DNA from: Deinococcus radiodurans R1 = ATCC 13939 = DSM 20539 | GTDB taxonomy: Bacteria > Deinococcota > Deinococci > Deinococcales > Deinococcaceae | Assembly: GCF_000008565.1 (NCBI RefSeq) | Contig: NC_001263.1 | Location: forward strand, 1,499,110-1,531,109 | Reading direction: 5' to 3' | DNA length: 32,000 nt | Notes under the pieces: generated by a model | The model's database searches: none | What the model was told of the DNA's origin: nothing | What the model saw: the letters and a program-made list of their open reading frames with translations, nothing else | Program-made: the position numbers and the translations under genes | Part shown: positions 1-14,250 of the stretch, in pieces | Layout of the letters: the number at the start of each line of letters is the position of its first letter | How positions within the stretch are numbered: position 1 is the stretch's first letter

Positions 1-762
1 GGGGTCGAATTCGGCGGTCAGGACCAGGGCCGGCGGCAACCCCGCGAGACTCTCAGCGTTGAGCGGCGAGGCGTGGGGATGCGCGGCGTCTTCCGGGCGA
101 GCAAGGTACATCTGTCCGAAAAAGCGCATCCGCTCGTCAGTGAGGAAATAGCCGCGTCCGTTTTCCTGGCGGCTGGGGTAGCGTTCGGGGTGCTCGAAAT
201 CGGCGGCGGGGTAAATGAGAAGCTGCGCCCGCAAAGCCGGGCCGCCCTCGTCACGCGACCGCAGCGCCGTGACGGTGGCGAGGTTGGCCCCCGCGCTGTC
301 GCCCGCCACCGCGAGTCGCCCCGCGTCTGCGCCGAGTTCGGCGGCGTGCGCGGCGGCCCAGACCACACTCGCCAGGGCGTCGTCTACCGGCGCGGGAAAG
401 CGGGCTTCGGGCGCGAGGCGGTAGGCCACGCTCAGCACCGCCGCGCCCGACGTCGCGCACAGCTCGCGGCACAGCGCGTCGTGGGTGTCGAGGTCGTAGA
501 CCACGAAGCCGCCACCGTGGAAGAACACCGTCAGCGGCCAGCCGGACGCGGGGGCCTGCCCGGCGGGGTGGTACAGGCGGGCGGGCAGGGAGCCCTCCGC
601 GCCCGCCACGCTCAGGTCACGGACTTCGCCAATAGTCACCGGACGTTTGGGGCTGCGCGCCGCGTTGGCGATCACGCCCGCCCGCAGTTCTTCCAGTCCG
701 GCGGGTTCAGGCGCCTGCGAGAGTTGCAGCAGAAGTTGGTACAGGTTGGGGTCTACGGGCAT
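1..762 (-). CDS. alpha/beta-hydrolase, hormone-sensitive-lipase-type carboxylesterase/lipase (C-terminal end runs off the window)
   Basis: My own translation of the minus strand from ATG 762-760 gives MPVDPNLYQLL... It contains FFHGGGF (HGGG oxyanion-hole motif) and GDSAGA (nucleophile elbow), and ends ...LTAEFDP at base 1. AGGAG lies at 768-772, 5 nt upstream. It is not in the ORF track because no stop is seen. The + ORF 73..774 is its antisense shadow. Confidence 0.85.
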   Translation of the reverse strand, partial: MPVDPNLYQLLLQLSQAPEPAGLEELRAGVIANAARSPKRPVTIGEVRDLSVAGAEGSLPARLYHPAGQAPASGWPLTVFFHGGGFVVYDLDTHDALCRELCATSGAAVLSVAYRLAPEARFPAPVDDALASVVWAAAHAAELGADAGRLAVAGDSAGANLATVTALRSRDEGGPALRAQLLIYPAADFEHPERYPSRQENGRGYFLTDERMRFFGQMYLARPEDAAHPHASPLNAESLAGLPPALVLTAEFDP

Positions 763-787
763 GGGTTCTCCTAGAAGAAAAAAGTCG

Positions 788-828
788 GGCCTGACCACTG
801 GCGGCGAGGGGCCACCTGAGATCAGGCC
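788..828 (-). terminator. weak hairpin plus U-run after the small Cys-rich ORF
   Basis: GGCCTGA (788-794) pairs with TCAGGCC (822-828), leaving a 27-nt loop. On the minus strand it is followed by CGACTTTTTTC (A-run 777-783 on plus). Confidence 0.35.
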
Positions 829-856
829 TTGGGGTTCAACTCACGGGTGGGCGGGG

Positions 857-1117
857 CTAGAAAAACGCTTCATGCATCGCGCGCAGCAGTTCGGCGTCCA
901 GCACGTAGAGGGGCACATCGGGCAACACGGCGTCTATGCAGCAGTGCGGGCAGAGCGCGGTCTGCTCATGGTCAGTCCAGGCCTCAATCTCTGACGGAGA
1001 GAACAGCCGCAGGCAATAAAAACACCCGCACTGCGCCGAGCGCTTAAGCAAATGCCGATGGAAGCCGCAAAACTGCCAGATGGCCTCCTCGCGCGTGACC
1101 GTTCCCTCCGGCATCAT
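857..1117 (-). CDS. small cysteine-rich (putative zinc-binding) protein of unknown function
   Basis: 86-aa ORF with CGCFYC ... CPHCC spacing (CxCxxC-x24-CxxCC). ATGATG start 3 nt after the fadB-like TAA, with AAGGA overlapping that stop. GC3-rich codons like its neighbours. Confidence 0.6.
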   Translation of the reverse strand: MMPEGTVTREEAIWQFCGFHRHLLKRSAQCGCFYCLRLFSPSEIEAWTDHEQTALCPHCCIDAVLPDVPLYVLDAELLRAMHEAFF

Positions 1118-1120
1118 TCC

Positions 1121-3214
<2,094 letters not shown>

Positions 3215-3270
3215 GGGGAGAGCCTCCTGTTTGTGGTGTCGGCCCATGCTCCCACGTCCGGCGCGGGAGG

Positions 3271-3305
3271 TCAACGTGGACGTACAGATTGAACGTGCAC
3301 GTTCA
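3271..3305. promoter_or_regulatory. candidate operator pair upstream of the fadB-like gene
   Basis: Perfect 16-bp palindrome TGAACGTGCACGTTCA at 3290-3305, with a 13/16 degenerate copy TCAACGTGGACGTACA at 3271-3286. The degenerate copy overlaps a TTGACC -35-like hexamer on the minus strand. Confidence 0.5.
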
Positions 3306-3329
3306 TTTCTTGACCCCCGCGCCCCGGCC

Positions 3330-4499
3330 TCACTGCGCGGGCGTGTCGCGGCCCAGACGAATGGTGAGTTCGCTGCCGGGCAGGCTCGGCGCGTTGTCGA
3401 GCTGCCCGTAGCCGAGGTCGCGCAGCAACGCGGCGGCGGGCGTCGCCGGGCCGGACACGGTGGTTACCGGCCAGGGCTTTTGCTCGTTGGCGGTGCTGAC
3501 GTTGTGGTAACCGAGCGCTTCGAGTTTGGCCTTCAGGCGCCGGGCGCTGCCGTCGGGGGCGTCGGCGTTGAGCACCAGCACGCGCAAGCCGTGGGGGTCG
3601 CCCGGGTCGCGGAACTGCTCGGCGAGCAGCGCGTCGAGCCGGGGCGTGTCCACATTCCACACCGAAGCCGCGCCCACCATGCCGAAGTTGCCGGGCACGG
3701 TGAAGGTGCTCACCTGCGGCCCGCGCTGCGCCGCGCCGAGCAGTTCGGCAATCTGGGCGCGGGTCAGGTTGGTCTTGGCGTTGGCGTCCAGAGCGGCGAT
3801 GACCTTCGGCAGTTTCCAGACGTTGGCGGGGCGACGAATCTCGGCAATCAGCGCGGTCAGGAACTGCTGCTGCCGCCCCACCCGCCCGATATCGCCCATG
3901 TTGTCCTTGCGAAAGCGCAGGAAGCCCTCGGCCTGCTCGCCGCTGAGCCGCTGGCGGCCCGGTTGCAGGTCGATGTGCAGGTGCCCGGCGTTGTCGTCGT
4001 ATTTCATGCGCTGCGGCACGTCAATCGTTACGCCGCCCACCGCCTCGGTCACGGCGCGCAGGGCATTGAGGCTCAGCAGCGCGTAGCCGTCGGGATGCAC
4101 GCCGGTCAGCGCCTGCACGGTGTTCAGCAGCATGTCGGGGCCGCCGTGCACGTTGGCGCTGTTGATTTTGCCCCAGCCGCCCGACCAGCCGGCAATCGGC
4201 ACCCAGCTGTCGCGGGGAATACTCAGCAGCTTCACCGTGCCGTCGGGCCGCACCTGCGTGAGCACGATGGTGTCGGTGCGCCCGCTGTAGTCCTCGGGCT
4301 GGGCGGGATAAGGCCAGACGGGGGCCTGCTCGTCGTAGTTCACGTCCACGCCCGCCAGCAGCACGTTCAGCGGCTTGTCGCCGTGCCGGGGCAGGGTGCC
4401 GTAGTGCGAGAGGGCCGGGAACGCGGGCGAGAGCAGGGCCACCAGACCGGCGAGCACAATCAGAATCAGGGCGAGAACGCGGCGCACACGGGCCAGCAT
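3330..4499 (-). CDS. LytR-CpsA-Psr (LCP) family cell-envelope phosphotransferase
   Basis: N-terminal TM helix (VLALILIVLAGLVALL), LCP core motifs (RTDTIVLTQV ... LLSIPRDSWV) and a LytR_C-like tail. Start is uncertain: ATG 4499 is preferred over the TTG at 4523 used by the track. Confidence 0.85.
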   Translation of the reverse strand: MLARVRRVLALILIVLAGLVALLSPAFPALSHYGTLPRHGDKPLNVLLAGVDVNYDEQAPVWPYPAQPEDYSGRTDTIVLTQVRPDGTVKLLSIPRDSWVPIAGWSGGWGKINSANVHGGPDMLLNTVQALTGVHPDGYALLSLNALRAVTEAVGGVTIDVPQRMKYDDNAGHLHIDLQPGRQRLSGEQAEGFLRFRKDNMGDIGRVGRQQQFLTALIAEIRRPANVWKLPKVIAALDANAKTNLTRAQIAELLGAAQRGPQVSTFTVPGNFGMVGAASVWNVDTPRLDALLAEQFRDPGDPHGLRVLVLNADAPDGSARRLKAKLEALGYHNVSTANEQKPWPVTTVSGPATPAAALLRDLGYGQLDNAPSLPGSELTIRLGRDTPAQ

Positions 4500-4619
4500 A
4501 GCCCCCGGCGCGTGAGGAGCCAACCAACTTTAGGAGGAGACGCGCGGCGGGCGCTAGCTTGAGAGGCACCCGCATTTCACAACGCTATTTCAAGAGTGAC
4601 ACTTTCCAGGAGGTTTCCC

Positions 4620-5662
4620 ATGTCCACCCCCACCGTCCCCGCCACCTTCCGCGCCCTGCGGATGGTCAAAGACGACGCCGGCATCCGCCCCGAGTTTCAG
4701 CAGCTCACCTTAGATGACCTCGGCGCGGGCGACACGCTGGTGCGCGTGCAGTGCAGTTCGCTCAACTACAAAGACGGCCTCGCGGTGATGGGCCGCCCCG
4801 GTGTGCTGCGGCGTTACCCGATTATTCCCGGCATTGACCTGGCGGGCGAGGTGATTTCGTCGGAGAGCGGCGAGTACCAGCCCGGCGACGGTGTGATTCT
4901 GACCGGCTGGGGCATCGGGGAAAAGGTGGACGGCGGCTACAGCGAGTTCGCCCGCGTGCCCGCCGCCTCGCTGGTGCCGCTGCCTGCCGGGACCGACGCG
5001 GTGTGGGCGATGAGTGTGGGCACCGCCGGGTTCACGGCCATGCTCGCGGTGATGGCGCTGGAAGACGGCGGCGTCTCCCCCACTGACGGCGAAGTGCTGG
5101 TGACCGGCGCGGCGGGCGGCGTGGGCAGCACGGCGGTGCGGCTGCTCGCCGAAGCGGGCTTCAGCGTGACCGCCAGCACGGGCCGCCCGCAGAAAGCGAC
5201 TACCTGCGCGGTCTAGGGGCGGCGAACATCATCGGACGCGACGAACTCACGCCGAGTCGCCCGCTGGACAAGGAACGCTGGGCGGGCGTGGTGGACACGG
5301 TGGGCAGCGGCACCCTCGCCGCCGCGATTGCCGCCACCCGCACCCATGGCGTGGTCGCCGCCTGTGGCAACGCGGGCGGAACCGACCTGCCCACCACCGT
5401 CTTTCCCTTCATCCTGCGCGGGGTGACGCTCGCCGGCATCGACTCCAACACCTGCCCCGCCCCGCGCCGCCGCGCCGCCTGGGACCGGCTGGCGCGTGAC
5501 CTGCCCGCCTCCGCGCTCGCCGACGTGACGCAGCGCCGCCCGCTGAGCGACGTGCCTGAACTCGCCGCGCAGATTCTGGCCGGGCAGGTGCGGGGACGCA
5601 CGGTGATTGACGTGGCACTGGAAGGCGCTGCACCAGAGGAGGCCGTCAGAGAGCGGTCATGA
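4620..5662 (+). pseudogene. YhdH/AcuI-type NADPH:quinone (acrylyl-CoA) oxidoreductase, MDR superfamily, interrupted by a 1-nt frameshift near 5190-5193
   Basis: Track ORFs 4596..5216 and 5288..5662 are the two halves of one MDR protein. After ...ASTGRPQ the reading frame hits TAG at 5214-5216. Shifting by -1 gives ESDYLRGLGAANIIGRDELTPSRPLDKERWAGVVDTVG..., continuous with the second ORF. AGGAGG precedes ATG 4620. Total length is 1043 nt (3n-1). Confidence 0.8.
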
Positions 5663-5682
5663 AGCTGTGACGGGGAGCGTTT

Positions 5683-6339
5683 ATGCTGAAGTGGATGAAA
5701 AATCTGCTGCTCCCTTCCCTCGCGCTGACCCTGGCCCTGGCGTCTTGCAGCTCGGCCCCCACGCCCCCCGCCACTGCCGAGCAGACCGACAGCATCACCG
5801 GCACGGTGGTCAGCGGTTCCGGCACCGGTAAAGTCATTCTGAAAGATGACGCCCTGGGCCAGCTCTCCGAAGCTCCGGTGGCCGCCGACGGCAGCTTTAC
5901 CCTCCCCCTGCCTGCTCCCGCGAAGTTCAGCAGCCGCTTGATGACGGCCACCGAAGTCCTGGGCAGCATCGGCTGCACCGGCACTCTGCAATCGAGTGCG
6001 CCGGGCGCTAAGGGCTACGGCGTGGTGACGCTGGACCTCACCCGGGGCAACAAGGTAGGCAAAGCCCTCGCCGGGCAGGTGACGAACGGCATGGCCAGCA
6101 AGTCCTTCGAGGGCCGCGCTTGGATTTACACCGATCAGGCGACCACTTTGAGCGGCACTGTGGATTGCCAGAAACTGGTCGGCATCGGCATCGCTATCCC
6201 CGCCACCGTCAACGTCACCACCCAGGCGGGCTGGAACGTCCTGAAGGTCAGCGGCACGGGCAGCCTGTTCGGTGTGAACGCCAAGGTCGAAAACGGCACC
6301 AAGGAGCCCACAACCTGGCGCACCCTCGACGAACTGTAA
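5683..6339 (+). CDS. lipoprotein of unknown function
   Basis: Signal peptide with lipobox LALASC followed by a Ser/Pro/Thr linker. GGGGAG lies 5 nt upstream of ATG 5683. The mature N-terminal region resembles a carboxypeptidase-regulatory-like beta domain (ITGTVVSGSGTGKVIL...ADGSFTL). Confidence 0.7.
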   Translation: MLKWMKNLLLPSLALTLALASCSSAPTPPATAEQTDSITGTVVSGSGTGKVILKDDALGQLSEAPVAADGSFTLPLPAPAKFSSRLMTATEVLGSIGCTGTLQSSAPGAKGYGVVTLDLTRGNKVGKALAGQVTNGMASKSFEGRAWIYTDQATTLSGTVDCQKLVGIGIAIPATVNVTTQAGWNVLKVSGTGSLFGVNAKVENGTKEPTTWRTLDEL

Positions 6340-6383
6340 GCCTCTGGCTTCTCTTTTGTTCCAGCTTCTCTCCTGCTCAGTGC

Positions 6384-6422
6384 GGGGGAGATTTTTTGCT
6401 GTCTGCCCCTGCCATCTCCCCC
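6384..6422 (+). terminator. hairpin after the lipoprotein gene
   Basis: GGGGGAGAT (6384-6392) pairs with ATCTCCCCC (6414-6422), leaving a 21-nt loop. It is followed by CTTTCTCC. Confidence 0.4.
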
Positions 6423-6479
6423 CTTTCTCCGCCAAAAGGCTGAAGGCAAGGCCGCCCCCGGCACGCTAGCCTGACCCTC

Positions 6480-7817
6480 ATGTGCCTGCCTCTCCACCGA
6501 CCACCCGCCCGCGTCTCTCGCTGGCGACGGCTGGGGGCAACACTGCTGACCGGGGCGACGCTCGCAGCGACGAACGCGGCGGCCAGCCCCGCGAGCGACC
6601 TCTACGCGGCGGCGACCAAAGCGGTGCGCGACAACTACCACGGCTGGTCCACCCAGAACTTCCGCTCGCTGGAGACGCAGTACGCCCGGCAACTCGCCCG
6701 CGCCTGTGAGCCGCAGGGCGAGGCGTGCAGCTACGACACGGGCCGCGCGGTGCTGAGCGAACTGCTCGCCGACTTCGGCGACGCCCACACCTACGTGCGT
6801 GACCCGGAGGGCGCCGCCCGCTACCGCGAAAGCGAGCAGGAGCGGGTCGTTCCGCGCACCGGCCTGCGCCTCGCGCGGGTGCAGGGCGGGCTGCTCGTCG
6901 CCTCGGTCGCGGCGGGCAGCCCCGCCGACCTGCTCGGCGTGCGCCGCTTCGACCTGATTACCCAGGTGAACGGTCAGCCGGTGGGAGGCCCGATTCCGAC
7001 CGGGCAGGTCGCTCCCGCTGGTGACTTCGGCCCCAACGACTTCGCCCGACTGGAACGCACCGGACAGGCGATTGACCTCACCCTGCGCCGCGCTGGGGAA
7101 AGCGAGCAGACGGTGAAAGTGATCGGTTTGCCCATGCCCGCCAGCGACCGCCCGGCACCCGTCTGGGCCGGAGCCGAGGGCCGAGTCGCGGTCATCGACC
7201 TGCCGAGTTTTCTCTCGACCGATACTGCCGCCGCGTTTCTGGCGCAGGTGCGGCAGCTTCAGGCCGCCGGGGTCCGCAGCCTGATCGTGGACCTGCGCTT
7301 CAACGGCGGCGGCAACCTCCAGCAGTGCGTCGCCGCCGCCAGCATCTTCGGGCCGGTGGTCTACAACGCGAGCTACGCGGTCGGGGGATTTTCCTACAGC
7401 GGGCTCGACGGGCGCGAGGGCGCCTACCTCGACACCGTGTTCGCCAGCCCCTCGCGCCGGGTATGGAACGGTCCCGCCGCCGTCCTCATCGGCCCCGACA
7501 CTGCGTCGTGCGCCGAGGTCTTCGCCTACTACGCCCAGAAAGGCGGCGCCCGGCTGGTGGGTGAAGCGACCAAAGGTGTCGCCAACAGCGGCGTGCTGCT
7601 GCGGAATCTGCCCGACGGAGGCCTCATCGCCGTCACAGTCTTTCGCGGCTACGCCAGCGGCGACGTGGCTCTGCCCGCCCGCCTCACCCCCGACGTGCCC
7701 GCGCCCCTCGACATTGACCTGCTGACGACCCAGGGGCGCGACACCGGGCTGGAAGCGGCGTTGATCGTCCTGGGGGAAGCGGTCACGTCGCCGCCGACGC
7801 TGACGACCTCGCCTTGA
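6480..7817 (+). CDS. S41-family (C-terminal processing / tail-specific type) serine peptidase with PDZ domain
   Basis: Arg-rich signal region, PDZ-like segment (VAAGSPADLLGVRRFDLITQVNGQPV), VDLRFNGGGN motif, and the catalytic Ser context GPDTASCAEVF. Confidence 0.85.
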   Translation: MCLPLHRPPARVSRWRRLGATLLTGATLAATNAAASPASDLYAAATKAVRDNYHGWSTQNFRSLETQYARQLARACEPQGEACSYDTGRAVLSELLADFGDAHTYVRDPEGAARYRESEQERVVPRTGLRLARVQGGLLVASVAAGSPADLLGVRRFDLITQVNGQPVGGPIPTGQVAPAGDFGPNDFARLERTGQAIDLTLRRAGESEQTVKVIGLPMPASDRPAPVWAGAEGRVAVIDLPSFLSTDTAAAFLAQVRQLQAAGVRSLIVDLRFNGGGNLQQCVAAASIFGPVVYNASYAVGGFSYSGLDGREGAYLDTVFASPSRRVWNGPAAVLIGPDTASCAEVFAYYAQKGGARLVGEATKGVANSGVLLRNLPDGGLIAVTVFRGYASGDVALPARLTPDVPAPLDIDLLTTQGRDTGLEAALIVLGEAVTSPPTLTTSP

Positions 7818-7835
7818 CGAAGAAAGGCAAAAAGC

Positions 7836-7866
7836 GGGGGAAGATGAATTTGCATCATCTTCCCCC
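7836..7866. terminator. bidirectional intrinsic terminator between the convergent peptidase gene and nuoN
   Basis: Perfect 12-bp stem GGGGGAAGATGA (7836-7847) / TCATCTTCCCCC (7855-7866) with a 7-nt loop. A-rich on the left and T-rich on the right, so both transcripts end in a U-rich tract. Confidence 0.8.
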
Positions 7867-7885
7867 GAATTTGCTTTCTTCCAGC

Positions 7886-10789
<2,904 letters not shown>

Positions 10790-10838
10790 GCAGTGCCTCC
10801 GGCGGCAGCGGTCAGAAGAACGGACAAAACAGGCCGCA

Positions 10839-12776
10839 TCACGTGCCCCCCCGGCCAATCATCTTCAGCGCCCAGTACCCGATAATCAGCGCGGTGCCCA
10901 GCACCATGCTCAGCGCGTAGGCGCGGACATATCCACTCTGCATCCGGGCAAACAGGGCGCCCGGCGCTCCCGCGTTGCGCGCGACCCCACTCAGCCCGGC
11001 GTCCACGCCCCGGTCCACCACGTCCAGCCCCCGCGCGATACCCCGGCTCGGCGCGGCAATCAGGCCGTTGTAGATGTTGTCCAGATACAGCGCCGCCGCA
11101 CTCACACGCCCCAGCGGGCCGTTTGCCAGCATCCGGTGGCGGTGGTCCAGCCACGCCCAGCCCAGTCCCACCACGCCTGCCACCACCGCCAGCACGGTCA
11201 GCAGCCACTCGGCGTTCGCCGGGATGTGATGCAGTTGCTGCGGAATCGCCCGGCCCAGGTAGGTGTCGAAGGCGTGCTTAGGCAGCCCGAGCGAAGGCAG
11301 GAACGCCGGAATGTTGAGGAACCCGCCCAGCGTCGCCAGCGCCGCCAGCACGCCGAGCGGGAACCGCATCAGCCCGTCGGCCTCGTGCGGGTGCGCCACC
11401 TGGCCCCGGTACTCGCCGCGCCAGACGAGGAAGTACCAGCGGCCCATGTAAAAGGCCGTCAGCAGCGCCACGCCCAGCCCGATGACATACAGCCAGGGGC
11501 TCTGCGCCCACGCGGCCGCCAGAATCGCGTCCTTGGAAAAGAAGCCGCTCCAGATGGGAATGCCCGAAATGGCGAGCACGCCCATCAGCGCGGCGACGTG
11601 GGTAAACGGCATGAAGCGGCGCATCCCCCCCATCGCCCGCACGTCCTGCTCCTCGTGCAGCGCGTGGATGACGGCCCCGGCGCACAGGAACAGCAGCGCC
11701 TTGAAAAAAGCGTGGGTGAGCAGGTGAAACACGCCCGCCGAGTACGCCCCCAGCCCCACCGCCATAAACATGTAGCCGAGCTGCGAGACGGTGGAGTACG
11801 CCAGAATCTTCTTGATGTCGTGCTGGTTGAGCGCCGAGAGCGCGCCGTAGAGTGCCGTCAGTCCGCCGACCCAGGCGACCCAGTTGGACGCGACGGGGGC
11901 AAGTTCGTACAGAAAGTGGCTGCGGGTCACCAGGTACACGCCCGCCGTCACCATCGTCGCCGCGTGGATGAGCGCCGAGACCGGCGTCGGCCCCGCCATC
12001 GCGTCGGGCAGCCAGGTCGTCAGCGGCAACTGGCCCGATTTGCCCACCGCGCCGACGAGCAGGAAGAGGCAGGCGAGTTCGATGGCCGACTGCGCGACGC
12101 GGGTGCCCGCCGCTTGCCCCGCGAGTTCGGGAATGCTGAGCGTGCCGTAGAGCTTGTAGAGCAGGAACATCCCCAGCATGAAGCCGAGGTCGCCGATGCG
12201 GTTCATGATGAACGCCTTGCGCGCGGCGTTGGAGTTGGCGCGGCCTTCGCTGGTACTCGCGTCCCGCACATCTTTATCAGACGCTTCCGAGTTGCGGCCC
12301 GAGTGCCAGAAGCCGATGAGCAGGAAGCTCGCCACGCCCACGCCTTCCCAGCCGACGAACATCAGCGGGTAGGAGTCGGCGAGCACCAGAATCAGCATCA
12401 TGGAGACGAAGAAGTTCAGGAACGCGAAAAAGCGCGTGAACTTGGCGTCGTGCGCCATGTAGCTCACCGAGTAGACGTGAATCAGAAAACCGATGCCGGT
12501 GATAATCAGCGTCATCAGCGACGAGAGGCGGTCCAGATAAAAGCCGACGCTGAGGTTGGCGTTCAGCGCCATGTTCGGCAGCCAGGGCCACAGCGTCTCG
12601 TGCGCGGCGGTGTCGCCCTGCCCGAGATACCGCATCACGGCGACGGCAAAGCTCAGCAGCACCATCACCGTCGCCAGCCAGCTGCCCGACTTGCCGGGGA
12701 AAGCACGCGGAAACAGCATCAGCAGCGCGAAACCCAGCAGCGGCAGCAGGGGAAGCAGATACAGCGGCATCAGCAC
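10839..12776 (-). CDS. nuoL: NADH-quinone oxidoreductase subunit L
   Basis: 645-aa antiporter-like subunit with a long C-terminal extension. The GTG at 12776 abuts the nuoK TGA; ATG 12770 is an alternative start. Confidence 0.92.
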   Translation of the reverse strand: MLMPLYLLPLLPLLGFALLMLFPRAFPGKSGSWLATVMVLLSFAVAVMRYLGQGDTAAHETLWPWLPNMALNANLSVGFYLDRLSSLMTLIITGIGFLIHVYSVSYMAHDAKFTRFFAFLNFFVSMMLILVLADSYPLMFVGWEGVGVASFLLIGFWHSGRNSEASDKDVRDASTSEGRANSNAARKAFIMNRIGDLGFMLGMFLLYKLYGTLSIPELAGQAAGTRVAQSAIELACLFLLVGAVGKSGQLPLTTWLPDAMAGPTPVSALIHAATMVTAGVYLVTRSHFLYELAPVASNWVAWVGGLTALYGALSALNQHDIKKILAYSTVSQLGYMFMAVGLGAYSAGVFHLLTHAFFKALLFLCAGAVIHALHEEQDVRAMGGMRRFMPFTHVAALMGVLAISGIPIWSGFFSKDAILAAAWAQSPWLYVIGLGVALLTAFYMGRWYFLVWRGEYRGQVAHPHEADGLMRFPLGVLAALATLGGFLNIPAFLPSLGLPKHAFDTYLGRAIPQQLHHIPANAEWLLTVLAVVAGVVGLGWAWLDHRHRMLANGPLGRVSAAALYLDNIYNGLIAAPSRGIARGLDVVDRGVDAGLSGVARNAGAPGALFARMQSGYVRAYALSMVLGTALIIGYWALKMIGRGGT

Positions 12777-13079
12777 TCAGCCCCTCAACTGCGCGAGGTC
12801 GTCCACGTTGGTGGTCTCACGTCCCCGGAAAATGGCGACGATGATCGCCAGCCCAATCGCCACCTCGGCGGCGGCCAGCGTCATCACGATAAACACGGCG
12901 GTCTGCCCCATCAGGTCGCCCCATGAGCGGGCGAAGGCCACCAGCGCGATGTTGGCGGCGTTGAGCATCAGCTCCACACTCAGGAAAATGAGAATCGCCG
13001 TGCGGCGGGTCATCACACCGATGAGGCCGAGCGCGAACAGGACGCCCGACAGCGCGAGGTAATACGAGGTCGGCACCAT
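12777..13079 (-). CDS. nuoK: NADH-quinone oxidoreductase subunit K
   Basis: Three-helix small subunit, [46 protein letters not shown] 13079 lies 1 nt after the nuoJ TGA. The track start at 13088 is a GTG only 2 nt from the SD. Confidence 0.9.
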   Translation of the reverse strand: MVPTSYYLALSGVLFALGLIGVMTRRTAILIFLSVELMLNAANIALVAFARSWGDLMGQTAVFIVMTLAAAEVAIGLAIIVAIFRGRETTNVDDLAQLRG

Positions 13080-13080
13080 C

Positions 13081-13694
13081 TCAGGCACGCTCCTTGAGGG
13101 GTTCGGAATTCAGGGCGGGGGCGCTCTGCCCTTCGCGCCACGCACGCGGCGCCGGGGGCAGTTCGGCGCCCGTTTCATCAGTCACGCCGTCAGGCTGCGG
13201 CACCGGGCGCTGCACCAGCGTCACCGAGCCGACGATGGCGACGAGCAGCAGAATGCTCACCGCTTCAAACGGCAGCAGGAAGCGGGTGAGCAGCGTCTCG
13301 CCCACCGCGCCCGCCGCGCCGCCGCGCAGGGCCTGCACACTTTCGGCAAGCGGGCGGGGGTCCTGATACGTCAGCGCCAGCGTCACGAAACCGCCCGCGA
13401 GCAGCAGCGCAGCAATCGCCCCGAGCGGCCCCACGAAGGGCAGCGGGTCACGCGCCGTAATCGGCTGACTGGCCCCGAGCAGCATGATGACGAAGAGAAA
13501 CAGCACCATGATGGCCCCGGCGTACACGATGACCTGGGTGGCCGCCAGAAACGAGGCGTTCATGGAGGCGAAGAGCCCCGCCACGCAGATCAGGGTGCCC
13601 ACCAGCCCCAACGCGGCGTGCACGGCGTTTTTCGCCGCGACGGTCAGGATGCCCCCGGCAATGGCGAGGGCGCCGAGAAGGAGAAAGGCCAGCA

Positions 13695-13698
<4 letters not shown>
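13081..13698 (-). CDS. nuoJ: NADH-quinone oxidoreductase subunit J
   Basis: Start at [16 protein letters not shown] (ATG 13698), forming an ATGA overlap with the nuoI stop. The upstream part of track ORF 13081..13920 is out-of-frame read-through of nuoI. Confidence 0.9.
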
Positions 13699-14231
<533 letters not shown>

Positions 14232-14250
14232 ATGCGCCTCCTTTGTCGGC

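Noticed and set aside
73-774. 233-aa + ORF at the left edge
   Set aside because: It is antisense to the HSL-type esterase, whose HGGG and GDSAG motifs are read on the minus strand.
4524-4619. Plus-strand AGGAGG at about 4533-4539 as the SD of a small hidden ORF in the divergent LCP/oxidoreductase spacer
   Set aside because: No ATG, GTG or TTG lies at a suitable distance downstream, and a stop follows quickly. This is probably a chance purine run in a promoter region.
5181-5216. Programmed ribosomal frameshifting in the YhdH-like gene
   Set aside because: There is no slippery heptamer, no stimulatory SD or hairpin, and the family is not known to use recoding. A 1-nt deletion or a sequencing error is the simpler explanation.
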